64,000 nt of DNA, taken from assembly GCA_977016875.1 (NCBI GenBank), contig CDRNST010000274.1, forward strand, positions 1,364,001 to 1,428,000. Direction: 5' to 3'. The notes under the pieces are model-generated. The model was not told where the DNA came from and searched no databases. It saw nothing but the letters and a program-made list of their open reading frames with translations. Position numbers and translations under genes: made by a program. This DNA comes from Pavona decussata (Eukaryota). This document shows, piece after piece, positions 1 to 12,698 of the stretch; position 1 is the stretch's first letter; each line of letters starts with the position of its first letter.

Positions 1-91
1 CGAGAAACGGGCCTCTGAGGCCTAAGCCACGGCGCCATAAAACAGTTAATCTGAGAACTCAAATCAATGCAACTAAGGGAATGATTGAAAA

Positions 92-161
92 TGTGATTCA
101 GCCAGGATCTGAACCTGGATCTCCAGATTACCAGTCGGATACCTTAACCACTCGGCCACTG
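92..161 (-). mobile_element. Decayed tRNA-derived SINE head, part of the family-A intron unit
   Basis: Minus strand TGGCCGAGTGG (A box)...GGTTCAGATCC (B box-like); recurs near 11105, 29410, 31340, 32920, 45010, 54750. Confidence 0.55.
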
Positions 162-489
162 AAGAAAAACACGCTGGTAACGTGGCTGATTATTGAACTC
201 ATCAGTAGTGACAAGCTTTGAGAGAAATTTCAATACATTTTCTGCAATCAGGATCATCTCACTGCTAGCTCCTGCTCGATCATCGGTGATGCACGGCCAA
301 ATCTATACCAAAGAAAATTGATTTCTATTCCGCTCCCCCCTTACTCACAAGAAAGGGAGGGGACTTAAAATCAATTTTCTTTAATTGATGGTGATGTTCA
401 TCGGAAATTTTCTGGAATGTTTACAGCTGGATTTTAACTCATTTTTATATATTAGAAAGTAACTCTCACATACTCACAAGTTACATTTC

Positions 490-660
490 ATGCTAACAAA
501 TTAGAGGACCGCATTAGAAAACTAGCCAAGAAAGAGGCATTTATCGCTTTAAACGACCACAAGCCTAATTTCCACGACCATCCGACATGCGGTCTTACTA
601 ACTCTTCCAAAAAATCAGTATAATGAGCGAACAGATCCTCTATGAAATTACCACCTCTAT
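490..660 (+). mobile_element. Decayed Penelope-like RT N-terminal fragment, part of the family-A intron unit
   Basis: Reads [35 protein letters not shown], like the FITLKDHK..PTCRLINP motif of Penelope-like RTs; recurs near 6785, 29800, 31705, 33295, 43475. Confidence 0.6.
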
Positions 661-1385
661 TAATTATTAACTACAAATTTTAATTCTAAAACTTCACCAA
701 TTCTTCAATATTTTTTATTTCTCTCAATTTAACCAATCCTTCTAGAAAAACTATCTCCTCCCAAATATACCCAAAAATCACCCAAACCACAACATAGATT
801 CACGGGATGAACATAGAGTTTTTGGATTGCTTGAAACGTGAACGAGATATTTCCATTAAAGCCATATTAAGTGCGGTAAAATGAGGTTTACGTTAAGAGA
901 AGAAACATGGACAACTGCTTCAGAAATGGTCGCTCTCAGGTGATTTGTTAACAGTCCCTGGAAAACCTTATTCAAGGAAAAACAAGCCTATAGAATGGGA
1001 TTATGCTTCAACGGTCATGTAGAAAAATCGAGGCAATGGAACTGCAACTTTGTTCAGAGAGTCTCTAAATCTCTTTATAGTCTTAGAATATTAGGGCCTT
1101 ACTCTATATTTTGTTTAAAGCCATCCGTGATAGGAGAAAACTCAACGATTAACATGAACCTATGATAAGTAAAAGAAGTGTGATTATAATCGACTTGTTG
1201 GTATAAAATTTATTTATCTTTTGGCTCCTTTGAGGAAAAATGAGTTTCAAATAAGACCTTGAGATTATTATTTATTTAGACAAAAAATAAATTGGTTAAC
1301 CAACACTAGTAAAGATGTACATTTATAGCTTATACTACACAAGTAACATGATAGCCATCATTAAGTGGTGATTATTTGTTCATAG

Positions 1386-1457
1386 GAACTTGACTGACAA
1401 CGAGTTGAAGAAACTGCCCAAAGGAGTTTTTGCTAACAATACCAAGCTAGGAAGGCT
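1386..1457 (+). CDS. LRR exon 1 (family A): NLTDNELKKLPKGVFANNTKLGR(L)
   Basis: catag|G AAC TTG...AGG CT|gtaagt; 72 nt, open frame. Confidence 0.85.
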
Positions 1458-3005
1458 GTAAGTATAACTTCTTCTTTGTCTGTCAAATAATAATCGAGGA
1501 GCTGGTGTTGCTTAAAAAGAAATATTGTGTCTCCTATAATAAATTCGTTTTTGCAGCCTTTGTTCATTAACTAGGCATGAATCAATTCTCAATCAAAAAC
1601 TGAAAAGGAGTCTAAAATTTTACTGTTCAGAACATGTGGTCGTTTAAAAGTATCGCCGTTTGTGTTGTAAACTAACTTATTAGTAGGGGGGGGGGGGGGG
1701 CATGCTTTAGAAGGAAAAAAGAGGAAATTTATTGAGTTACGAGAGCGATTTAAAGATCTTTGGTTTTATTTGATGCATACGGAATGGATAAGCCTTCCCG
1801 CAGTGGACATCTCAACAGTATTTGGATGAAAATTTTATAACAAAAGGGTTAATACGATAATCTTTGTTTGTATTCGTTGGCTGATAAGCTGCAATTTAAT
1901 GTATTTCGTAAGGACCGGTTTACAAGCTACTACCTGTCAGCGGATTTGGTGGCTCAACAGTATTGGAAAACGAATCCCCTGTGTATTTTGACACACGATT
2001 TACAGCCAAAGGTTTCCGGATTCATGAAATATGGTGAAGAGCACCAGTTTCTTATTAAATCGGGGAGACACTTTCGTACGGACCGCAGTGTCAATAAAAT
2101 TAAAAAAAAAAACGTGCACATACGAAATACTCAGGGATACATCTGGTATCATGTGAGCCGGCCTTAAGTTGAAAGACCCCGGCAATCTTAGAATTTCCTT
2201 AAAATTCGAACTTTGTACATAAAGTAGTTTATCGAGAAATTGACCTTTTAATGTGTCTACGCCCTTGTGGCAACTCTTTCCATCCAGCTGGCGCAAGTTC
2301 TTTGAAATTTTTAACAGCTGATGTAACGTTATGAGTAGCCAGCGTGTTAGACTCTAGAACAAGGGAGGGTGGAGGGAAATCGGTCACGTGGGAAGCGAGG
2401 GATCCGATGCTAGGATCGGTAAGACAAAGATAAAAAGAAACACAGTATCGTAGCGCAACGTCCACCTCTATTGCAACATTTTTACTTGAATTATATTTAC
2501 AATTTACAATTATAAGCGTATAAAGTGAAGCTGTAAGCCTGTTGGGTCCTTATTGGTCGTCCGATGTAATAACCTTTGATTCTGTAACCGCGGGAATTGG
2601 AATAACGGCACTATGTCTTGCGCTTATAACGGATGACTGGAAATGTAGCGGCCTTTGCGCGTGATATCTTGAAGTGGAAAGTTTTTCCCCCATCCAAGGG
2701 ACTTGGAAATTCCACATATTTACATATTCACGCATTTCACATATTCCTGACAAAAACAAGCATTAAAACAAATCCCGCCATTTATAAGTGTTTCTGTGTC
2801 TACTCTTATGAAGTATGCATACTTACTGTCTCTTTGTTTTCAAGTAACAAGGAAGTAGTCAGGAGTAATTTTAACGATTATTTTGTCGATTCACTCATTC
2901 CATAAACTGACGCGGTCGTATTTTTAAAAGTTTTAGCCGATAAAGTGTGTGGATATCATGTAAACTTACTAAGAACTTGGACAATCCGCATTTTTTTGTT
3001 GGTAG

Positions 3006-3053
3006 GTACTTGAATAACAACCAGCGGAAGGAACTGCCCAAAGGAGTTTTTGA
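3006..3053 (+). pseudogene. LRR exon 2 (family B), 3'-truncated: YLNNNQRKELPKGVF
   Basis: ggtag acceptor intact. After GTTTTTGA the sequence jumps to intron sequence matching ~8712 onward, so the 3' third and the donor are deleted. L->R change in the core. Confidence 0.8.
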
Positions 3054-3299
3054 ACGTTTGTTTTGTCTTTCTGTTTTGCTTTTTACACAAGTCAAAAGAC
3101 GTAATCATCTAGAAAAAACAGAGGAAATGTATTAAGCTGTGAGAGCAACTGAAAGATCTTTGCTTAGGTTTGATACGGAATTTATAAGCCTTCCCACAGT
3201 GTACACGCGAACAGTATTTGGATGATAAATTTGTAAGAAAAGGGGAAACGAGAGTTCCATCACAGCATTTATGCTAAAGGAAGAGTCTTTGCGAATACG

Positions 3300-3890
3300 A
3301 GTAAAAATAGAGCTGTAACCAGGATAAGACATATTGGATTAAAAAGCGTTCCGTGGTTAAAAAGATTAGAAAAAAATGAGCTTTCGGCCATCAGTCTATA
3401 GCCTTTAACGAATGAAAAAACGGAAATATATACGAAAAGGGCGCTAACACTTGAGAATAAAAGAAGAAGTGTGAAAAAAGCTAAAAGATAAAAATGGAAA
3501 TGAGGGCTAATTAAAATAAAATGGAATATTGCCTAGGCAACGGTTTTGAGTTATTATCCGCGTCGACAATTTTTGCTGTGTGTCAGGATTCGAGTGTTTT
3601 ACGAACGCGGTAATCGCCTTTGTCTATGACAAAAGAATTTTTGAAATCAATGCAATGATTGTTTTCCACGCATGGTTGGCAACATAAGAGCCATTAGAAT
3701 AGTTCTTCAAGTTCCGTTGATGTTCCTTTTTGCGGATTTGGAAGCATCTTCCGGTTTCTCCTATGTAGTTCCAAGGTCAGGTTTACATGGCATTTTGTAA
3801 ACAACATTGCATTGAAGATCCGAAGGTTGTCTGAACTTTGGACACGGGAATTCTTGATGAAGGGTTTTGAGTGGTTTGTTGTCAACACGG
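3300..3890 (-). mobile_element. Penelope-like element 3' fragment (GIY-YIG endonuclease remnant and 3' terminal region)
   Basis: Minus strand encodes NVVYKMPC..LG..IGETGRCFQIRKKEHQRN with frameshifts; hammerhead-like stem GGCTAT..ATGGCCGAAAGC at ~3378-3412; boundaries approximate. Confidence 0.65.
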
Positions 3891-4559
3891 ATATCATTTT
3901 TGCTTCCAAACCCGCAGAAAGGAGCATGGCAAAATATGGCATTTATGCTATGGTATCGCGATTTTCCTATAGTTCTGTCTTACGCGAGAGACGTCAATAT
4001 CTCGCGGTATTGTCGCGTCACTTTTGCGGGCTGTGATTGGTTTCAAAATAGTGATTGACATTGCGACACTGAGCTGGGTTGCCCACGTACGCATCAAATT
4101 CGAAATGTTCTGTCAAAAAACTAGCCTGTGACTGGTCAAAACTGACTGTGACTGGCGTCGCTTTATTCAAATGGCTTTCTGAACTCTCGTGCAGAGTTGA
4201 TTGAACTTTTCGTTTACTGATTGAAAACGAGCTTCTGAGTGCTCTCGTGTTAACAATTTTCGTCAAATTTACCTCCTCACTGGAAATCTTCATTACAACT
4301 GTTATGTTTACACATTACTATTAGGTCATTTAATAGAAACCTGCAGTTCTAAGAGATCTGAAATGGCGGTTATTGATTAAATTATCAAAACTTCAAAACA
4401 CACTTCCAAAACAATCACGTGTTTCCAATTAAAAATTATTCTGATTGTCTTAAGCTAAAGTCTTGTAAATTCTTTTTTTTCCATCAAAAGAGGCAATGTA
4501 ACTGTAACAAAGGTTAACAATTTGGCATGAAATTGAAAGTCACTTGCCATTTGGGAAGT

Positions 4560-6333
4560 TAATGTTAATCTGGCAAGAGTTCAAAGTGGGACAATTAAAA
4601 AGATTGGAGAACAACTGTCGGTGTTCGGCGCTCGTCGCGTTTACAGTTGTGGCCGTACTGTTGTAAACAGCTGTAGAGCATCTTCCCAGTTCTACCAGTC
4701 AATCGAACATTTCCTTCTGGGTTTGTACGGCGTTTTGACTGTAGGACTGGATGGGGGTAGGGTTGGCGTGCCCAGTGAGCTTAGAGATTGCCAGTGGATC
4801 GAAATGACCTCGAAGACTTTGAATAGCTGTTTTTCGACCCGACGAGTTGGTAAAGTTCCCCTCCTTTTGGATTTCTGCCTTCTCGACCATTCTTTTCATG
4901 ATGTTGGCCAGTCCCTCTCTCTTTAGTGGAAGCTTCTTATACCAGATGTCTTCTCTGGGGTTATCGATGGGCTGGAATTAATATTCGCCGATACCCTCTG
5001 GTCTCTGGCTTAAATACTTCTTTAACGCAAGGTACGGATCTCTCTCACCACCCTTTCCTTGAAATATTTTGTTGTTGTACTTCCGTTTTGCTTTTGGGCT
5101 GTCAGTTTTCCCGGTTCTCGTTTCTGTGGAAAGCTCTGTGTATTCACAGAAGTTTCCTTGGTCTGTGAACCTTACAGTCCGAATGTTCTTGTCGGCATCT
5201 CATGCCTAACAATCTGGTGTTGTTCCACCATATAAAATTTAATAACTGTCGCGGAATTTTCAAACCAATAGCACCACTCGTCCACAGCTTCTCTATATGA
5301 CTTTCATCTAACGGATCAGCCCTGTTAGGACGGTTTCCTTTTCCTTCAGCCTTTATTTGCTTTCTTTTTGAAGCGAGCTTCTTCTTAAGATTTTCATCCT
5401 CTCAGATGTCGAAAGACTCGTCGTCCTTTCTTTCGCGAAAAAATCTTCTTAAACCATTTTGGTAAGTGCTCAGGGTGGACGGCTCGTATTATTCGCCAAG
5501 CCTTTCTCTGCTTTCTTTTCTTGTATCTCGTATTTCGAGAAAGAAGTGCTTCAGCAGGTCGGAAGCGTTGGCTTTGTTGTTGCTTGTGAACTGCAGTTTC
5601 TAACCATATCGATCATTGTACCAAGCTTGAAGGCGACGAGCAGCACTCAGTTCCTTTGACAGTGTTCTTTGCGACCTGCTTTTTTTCTGGAACTCTTCAA
5701 TCTCCTCGTCGTCTAAGATAACAATGCTACTTCTTTTCTTTTCGTTCGGCTCAGTTTGGGGCTCAGTTTTGCTAGCTTTCGGCTCGCTATATTTACTTGG
5801 TGACTCTCCTGTTTCGGTTTCGGTATCGATGTTGTCAAACAACTCTTTGAAAAAAGTAACGCAATTATCAACATTTGGCATTTCGCCCAATTCATCACCA
5901 CGGGAAACGATATGGAACCTCAACAACTCCTCCATTGAATTTCCACGCTTCTTCGGCTTCAATTGAACGATTTCAGACATTTAGACACGAAAAATTACGA
6001 AATTGCCGGCAAATTTCAAATATCCCGCGACGAAATTTGTTTGCGCGTGCAAAGTGTTGCCATCGATACGTTTGCAGGTAGCAAGAATATACATTTTGAC
6101 CAGGCGCGAAATAATTTATTTTCAGTTTTACTTGTCTATATAATGGATGAATCGCGTACAAAACTAATTCCGATTTTGAGACGGCAATACCGCATTACAT
6201 TGACCGCGTCGGAAGAAAAAATATTCCTTATTGGGTTTCGTCGCTACGCGACTCCGTCCAATACGGAGTATAATTTCCCCTAACTAGCCGTCAATATAAT
6301 ACGGTATTGCCGTCTCAAAATCGCAATTAGTTT
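4560..6333 (-). mobile_element. Degenerate Crypton-like (tyrosine recombinase/DUF3504) DNA element
   Basis: Broken ORFs 5600-5980 and 4699-4899 (TNSSGRKT...ISKLTGHANPTPIQSY, matching YR HxxR/GH/Y motif spacing); terminal hairpin 6161-6333; left boundary approximate. Confidence 0.7.
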
Positions 6334-8287
6334 ATAATATCAGAGGAAATAAACATGCTAACAGAAGACTTGCTAAACATGCAATGTTATTGTTTTCACC
6401 GAAGGGCATAACCGTCAAATTGAAGTAGCAGGGCAAAGCTTAGGGGTCACAGCTTGCGGTCGACAAGGTCGCAGGTCACAAGTCATAGGTTACCGGTATA
6501 AGAAAGACAGAAACATAGAGTGACCAATAAAGCGACCTCCATATTATCGCGTTACGCAATACCAATGCATTCCGCAATGATTGTTCGCGGTCATTGCGCT
6601 TGTGGTCACTATCGACTTGGGTGAGAAATTCAACAGAAACGCACGGGCAGATGATGAGCCATGAAATATGTTAGTTAAGTTGTTTAAACAGAGATCAACT
6701 TTGGATTCCATAAATTTGAAAGTATGTTAACTTATTTCTATCTATTAGAAAGTATATCTCACATAAGCACAAGTTACAATTCGTGCCAACAAATTACACG
6801 AGCGCATTGAAAAACTCGCAAAGAAAGAAGCATTTATCACTTTAAATGACACCAGCGTAATAAAAACTGAAAAGGGGTCTAAAATTTACCGGTCAGGAGA
6901 CGTGGTCGTTTTAAAGTGTCCCAGTTCGTGTTGTGAACTGATTAGGGGCATGCTTTAGAGCAAAAACGAGGAAATCTATTGAGTTACGAAAGCGATTGAA
7001 AGATCTCTGGTTATATTTGATGCATGCGGAATGGCTACGCCTTCCCGCAGTGGACATCTCAACAGTATTTGGATTACAAATTTTTGACAAAAGGGGAAAC
7101 GGGAGCTGGATTACACCGTTTATATCAATACAAGAATCTTGTTTTTATATATATATATCGTTGGCTGATAAGCTGCAATTTAATGCCTTTTGTAGGGCCG
7201 GTTTACAAGCTACTACCTGTCGACGGATTTGGCGGCTCCAGAGTATCGGAAAACGAATCTCTTGTGTATTTTGACAGATGATTTACAGCCAATGGCGTCC
7301 GGCTTCAGGATATATGTTGAGAAGCACCAGTTTTCTTATAAAGTCGGGCAGACACTTTCGTACAAATCGCAATGTCAATGAAACTGAAAAAAAAAATCGG
7401 ATGTTCTAATACACGTAAGATTTACGCTGGGATACACCTGGTATCATGTGAGCCAGCCTTGGGTTGAAATACCCCGGCAATATTGTAATTTTCTCAAAAT
7501 TGGAACATTGTACATGAAGTAGATTTTGAGAAATTGAACTAGCCTTTAAAAAGTATGTACGGCTTTGTGGCCACTCTTTCCATCTAGCTGGCATAAGTTC
7601 TTGGTAAGATTTAACAGCTGGTGAAATCCTGTAACGTAGGAGTAGCCTGCGTGCGAGGCTCTAGAACAGGGGAGGGTGGAGGGAAATCAGTCACGTGGGA
7701 AGCGTGGGATCCGATGCTAGGATCGGTAAGACATCGATAAAAACAAACACTGTATCGCGGCGCAACGTCCACTTTTATTGCAACAATTTTACTTGAATTA
7801 TATTTACAGTTCACAATTTTAAGCGTCCAAAGTGAAACTGTGAGCTTCTTGGGTCCTTATTGGTCGTCCGATGTAATGGCCTTTTTTCTGTAACGCGGGA
7901 TTTGGAATGACGGCATATTCGCAGTTATAACAGATGATTAGAAATGTAGCGGTCTTTGTTCGTGATATCTTGAAGTGGAAAGTTTTTCCCTCATCCAAGG
8001 GACTTGGTTTATTGACATATTTCAAGTATTCCTGAGTAAAAAACAATCATTAAAACTGGTCCCGCTATTTATAAGTATTCCAGTGTCTCATGAATTATGC
8101 ATACGTACTGCCTCTTTGGTTTTAAGTAAAAAGGATTCCGAAGCAGTCGGAAGAAACGACCATTTTATCGAATCACCCATTCCATCAACTGAACCGGTTC
8201 TGTTTTTACAAGTTGTAGCCAACAAAGTGTGTGGATATCATGTAAACGTACTAAGAACTTGGTGAATCCGCATTTTCTTGTTGGTAG

Positions 8288-8359
8288 GTACTTGAATAAC
8301 AACCAGCTGAAGGAACTACCCAAAGGAGTTTTTGATAACAATAAAGAGCTGTACGTGCT
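8288..8359 (+). CDS. LRR exon 3 (family B): YLNNNQLKELPKGVFDNNKELYV(L)
   Basis: ggtag|G TAC...GTG CT|gtaagt; 72 nt. Confidence 0.85.
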
Positions 8360-8647
8360 GTAAGTATAACTCCTTTTTTGTCTGTAAAACAAAACTCCAG
8401 GGGCTAGGGCTGCTTGCTGAGAAATATTGTGTTTATCCTTTCTTAAAGTATATTCACGCGTGCAGCCTCAATTCAGTAGCTAGGTGTGAATCAATTCTCA
8501 ATCAAAAAGTAAAAACTAGTTTAAAATGTAACAGCAATTGTTACTGAAAACGTCCATGTTAACTCACTACTGACCAAACTATTTGAAAGATTCAGTTTTA
8601 AACAGTTCTTGTCTCATTTACAAGTTGTTTCGTGTTGTTGTTGTTCA

Positions 8648-8667
8648 GTGTGTGTGTGTGTGTGTGT
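8648..8667. repeat. (TG)n microsatellite
   Basis: gtgtgtgtgtgtgtgtgtgt. Confidence 0.9.
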
Positions 8668-10112
8668 TTTTGTATTCTCTTTTGCTCTTTTTTCTTTTTG
8701 TTTGTGTTTTTGTTTTGTCTTTCTGTTTTGCTTTTTACACAAGTCAAAAGACGTGGCCATCTAGAAAAACAAAAGTAGAAATTTATTGAGCTGTGAAAGC
8801 AATTGAAAGATCTTTGTTTAGGTTTGAGGCGGAATTTATGAGCCTTCCCGCAGTGTACACGCAAACAGCATTTGGATGATAAATTTGTAACAAAAGGGGA
8901 AACGAGAGTTCCATCACAGCATTTAGGTTAACAGAAGAATGTTTGCTTACATTCTTTTGCTGACGAGCTGCAATATAATGAAGTTCGTAAGGACTGGGTT
9001 GCGCGCTACTACCTGATGGCGAATTTTGCGGCCCGGCAGTATCGGAACACGAGTATTCTCTGTATTTTGACACACGAGTTAGAGCCAAACGAGTCCTGAT
9101 TCGGGAAATATGTTGCAGAGCTCACCAGCTTTGTTGTCAAATCGAGGAGACACTTTCGTACAAGCCACCCTTATATCAATCAAAGTTAAAATATATCGGC
9201 TGTCAAAATACGCAAACGATTTACGCTTGGATACACCTGGTATCATGTGAACCGGCCTTTTAAAGTTGAAAGACCTCGGCAATCTTAGAATTCCCTGAAA
9301 ATTCGAACGTGATACATAAAGAAGTTTTTGAGAAGTTGACCTTTTGAACTGTGACAGTCTATCCTTTACAAAGTATGTACGTCCTCTGTGGCAATTCTTT
9401 CCATCCAGCTGGCGTGAGTTCGATGTAAAATTTAACAGCTGGTGAAATCCTGTAACGTTGGGAGTAGCCTGCGTGTGAGGCTCTAGAACAGGGGAGGGTG
9501 GAGGGAAATCAGTCACGTGGAAAGCGTGGGATCCGATGCTAGGATCGGTAACACAAAGATAAGAAGAAACACGGTATCGCAGTGCAACGTCGACTTGTAT
9601 TGCAACATGTTTACTTGAATTGTATTTACAGTTACAATTATAAGCTTGTACAGTGCAACAGTAAGCATGCAGCCTCCTTAATTGTTTTCCGCTGTAATGG
9701 CCGGTTTGATTCTGTACCGCACGAATTTGAATCACTGCATATTCGCAGTTATAACGGACGACTAGAAATGTAGCCTTTGCGCGTAATATCATAAAGTGGA
9801 AAATTTTTCCCCCTTCCAAGAGACTTGGAAATTCCACATATTCACGTATTTCAAATATTCCTGAGAAAAACAATCATTAAAAAAAATCGTGCTATTTATA
9901 AGTGTTTCTTTGTCTGATGACTTATGCATACTAACTGTCTCTATTGTTAACTTACAAGGAAGTAGTCGGAAGTAACGACTATATTGTCGATTCACTCATT
10001 CCATAAACTGACGCATTCGTATTTTTGAAGCTTTTAGCCAATTAAGTGTGTGGATATCATGTAAAGTTACTAACATATGGAACTTGGACAATCCGCATTT
10101 TTTTGTTGGTAG

Positions 10113-10184
10113 GCGCTTGAATAACAACGAGCTGAAGGTACTGCCCAAAGGAGTTTTTGATAACAATAAACAGCTGGGATGGCT
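10113..10184 (+). pseudogene. LRR exon 4 (family B) with non-canonical GA donor: RLNNNELKVLPKGVFDNNKQLGW(L)
   Basis: Frame open and 72 nt, but followed by gagagt where paralogues have gtgagt. Confidence 0.7.
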
Positions 10185-11291
10185 GAGAGTATAACTACTC
10201 CTTTGTCTGTAAAGCAAACTCCAGGGGCTAGTTCTGCTTGTTGAAAAATACTGTGTTAATCTTTCCTAAAACATATTTTCGCGTGCAGCCTTAGTTAAGT
10301 AACTAGGTGTGAATCAATTCTCAATCAAAAATAAAAACTATATAATGGCCAAAAAATATTAACTAAAATACTGACCAAACCATTTGAAAGTTTTAGCATT
10401 AAACAGTTCTAAATTGTCTCATTTACAAGTTGTTTCGTTTTTTTTGTTGTTGGCCGATGTGGTATTCTCTCTTAACATAATATGCATGAAATTCAGTTCT
10501 CAGTTCCATCAAAAAATAGGTCGTACGTTGCTCCAGCCACACGGCGAATGGATTTCAAATTTCCTTAATTTTAGCTGTTACATTTTCATTGGAAAGACGG
10601 CTGATGATTTACCTTATTTCAAAACTCCTGGTTTGAGGTAGTTTTTCCCATAAACATTTTCTTTTTGGGTAATCTCGAATTCATTTTACTTTGTCAATAA
10701 ACGAAAAAAAAAATGAGGAATATAACGTTTTTGGCACTCGTTTCTTTTTCTTTTCTTTTCTTTTTGCTTCCTTCTTCCATGTCTTCCATGTCTTGGTGGG
10801 AACGCTTCAAATCATAATAACAAGGGTGTCAGTATGATCGACATAATCGTAATCATGAGAAAAAAGATTGTAATAATGTTGGTAATTATACCCGTGTCCT
10901 TTAAACATTAAATCTTTATTTAAATCGAATTAAATCGACGATGATCCCTTATTAATTATAAAGTAACGTTTCGTTATATCATTAGTCTCGTGGAGACTTC
11001 TCTGATAACAAAATAAAAGACGTATCTGTTGTACTTTTCGTTAACATCACTCAGCTAAAATATCTATGAACAGAAATCAATGCAACTAAGGAAACGATTG
11101 AAAATGTGGTTAGCCATGATTTGAATCCGAGTTTGAACCGGTAGGCTGCCTAAACCACTCAGCCTCTGATAGGAACCAACTACGCTGGCAACATGGCTGT
11201 TTATTGAACTTATAATGGAAAGCTCCTGGTAGACATTTCAACAATTTTTTTTGAATCAGGTTTACCTAACTACTTTCGCACTCGATCGGTG

Positions 11292-11402
11292 ATGCACGGC
11301 TAAATCCTCCAAAGAAAATTGATTTCTAGTCCACTCCCCCCTTACTAACATGAAAGGGAGGGGACTAGAAATCGATTTTCTTTGGTGGGTTTAGCCGTGC
11401 AT
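11292..11402. repeat. ~110-bp imperfect palindrome (MITE-like hairpin)
   Basis: atgcacggctaaa..aaagaaaattgatttctagtcc / ggactagaaatcgattttcttt..tttagccgtgcat; shortened versions in other family-A introns (~290-382, ~29590-29688). Confidence 0.7.
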
Positions 11403-12011
11403 TAGCAAAGCTGATAAGGCTTTTATCAACACAATGGACACACAGCGGGAGTTGCGCAAGTCTGTCAACCCCATTTTAACTTGCTTTTCACGTATTTCCG
11501 TCACTGGTTTCCTCCGGTCCACATCGTACGAAAGCGAACATTTAACCGTGAAAAAACCGTTTCCAAAAAAATTGAAAATAGCGACCGTCCCGGTTAAATT
11601 TTCGCCATGTAAGTGGAGAGAATATTATTTCAGAGGCACTTTTTACAAAAATCGACGCGTTTTTATTGCAAATTTGATGATTTATGGGGGTTTCAAAATT
11701 TGGCAAAATAGTTTCATCCCTTGTCTCTATTTTAACCGTAAGTTACGGTAATGCGCCCACAGTCATTGATGCATGCGCATCGTGGGGTTAATCTTTCAAC
11801 AGCCCATGACGCTTTGTTGGATCACGTTCTTGTATTTAAATCAGCAAAATCGGTTTGCGAGGGACAATTTAGCCGCTCATTTACAACAAATTTGACTCCT
11901 CCGCACCTTGTGTGTAACGTGGAAACACTTGTAAATATTCAATAAAATGAAACAAGGACTTTTTTCGTTCAATCTTACTTTGAAACAAATGGAGCAATAT
12001 GTTAAGAAATC

Positions 12012-12698
12012 TACTCAAGCAGTTTAAGGCCTGGGTTAAGGGTTTTTAAGAGGAAAAATGGTTTATTCGAGATAACTTTAACAATTTCAATGGCATTGAA
12101 CTGAAATTTGGAAGATAAAAAGATCTTATCATTCTGAAAATTTCTAAGCATAATAAGTAGTGCTATAGATCACGTGACGTGTCACGTGATCGTTTTTGTG
12201 AAAAAAGCAAAGATTTGACAGGTAGGCGACGGTTTTAAGAGAAAACATCAAACAAAAACGCATTTCTAATAAAGATTAAATATCTCCATCGCTTCACGTT
12301 TGGAATGATCGTCCATTGTTCTCCAGAAAAAAATTATCAGCACAAAGGTCATTTTATAGTCCACAATTCAACCTTTGATTGTTAATTTCTCCAATTTAAA
12401 AACTTAAGGACAGTCATTCCAAACGTAGAAAGTTAAATATTTACAATCTGCTTCGGAAACACTAATTCAGTTATCTATATAAAGAAAATTCGCCGCCATA
12501 TCGCCGATTTACGTAATTTTCATTTTTTGGTAACGTGATGTGTCACAGGATCAAAATTATACGTTAAGGCAAAAGAAAACGTCAAGTTTAATATTCCAGG
12601 AAAATTTCATCCTGTTCTAGGCAGAGAAACCGAAGATATAGGGGATCATTCATAATTTCTGAACACCCTTCAAACCCAGGCCTTAAACTGCTTGAGTA
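12012..12698. mobile_element. Non-autonomous TIR element
   Basis: Perfect 26-bp inverted repeat tactcaagcagtttaaggcctgggtt / aacccaggccttaaactgcttgagta; each arm contains TTAA, so the true end may be the inner TTAA. Confidence 0.7.

Noticed and set aside
1685-1700. Poly-G tracts (also ~34345, ~46405, ~56145) as G-quadruplex or recombination signals
   Set aside because: They are one homologous, length-unstable homopolymer copied with the intron; no mapped breakpoint coincides with them.
9079-9873. 264-aa minus-strand ORF
   Set aside because: No recognisable domain, and paralogous intron copies are interrupted by stops and frameshifts, so it is probably a chance open frame.
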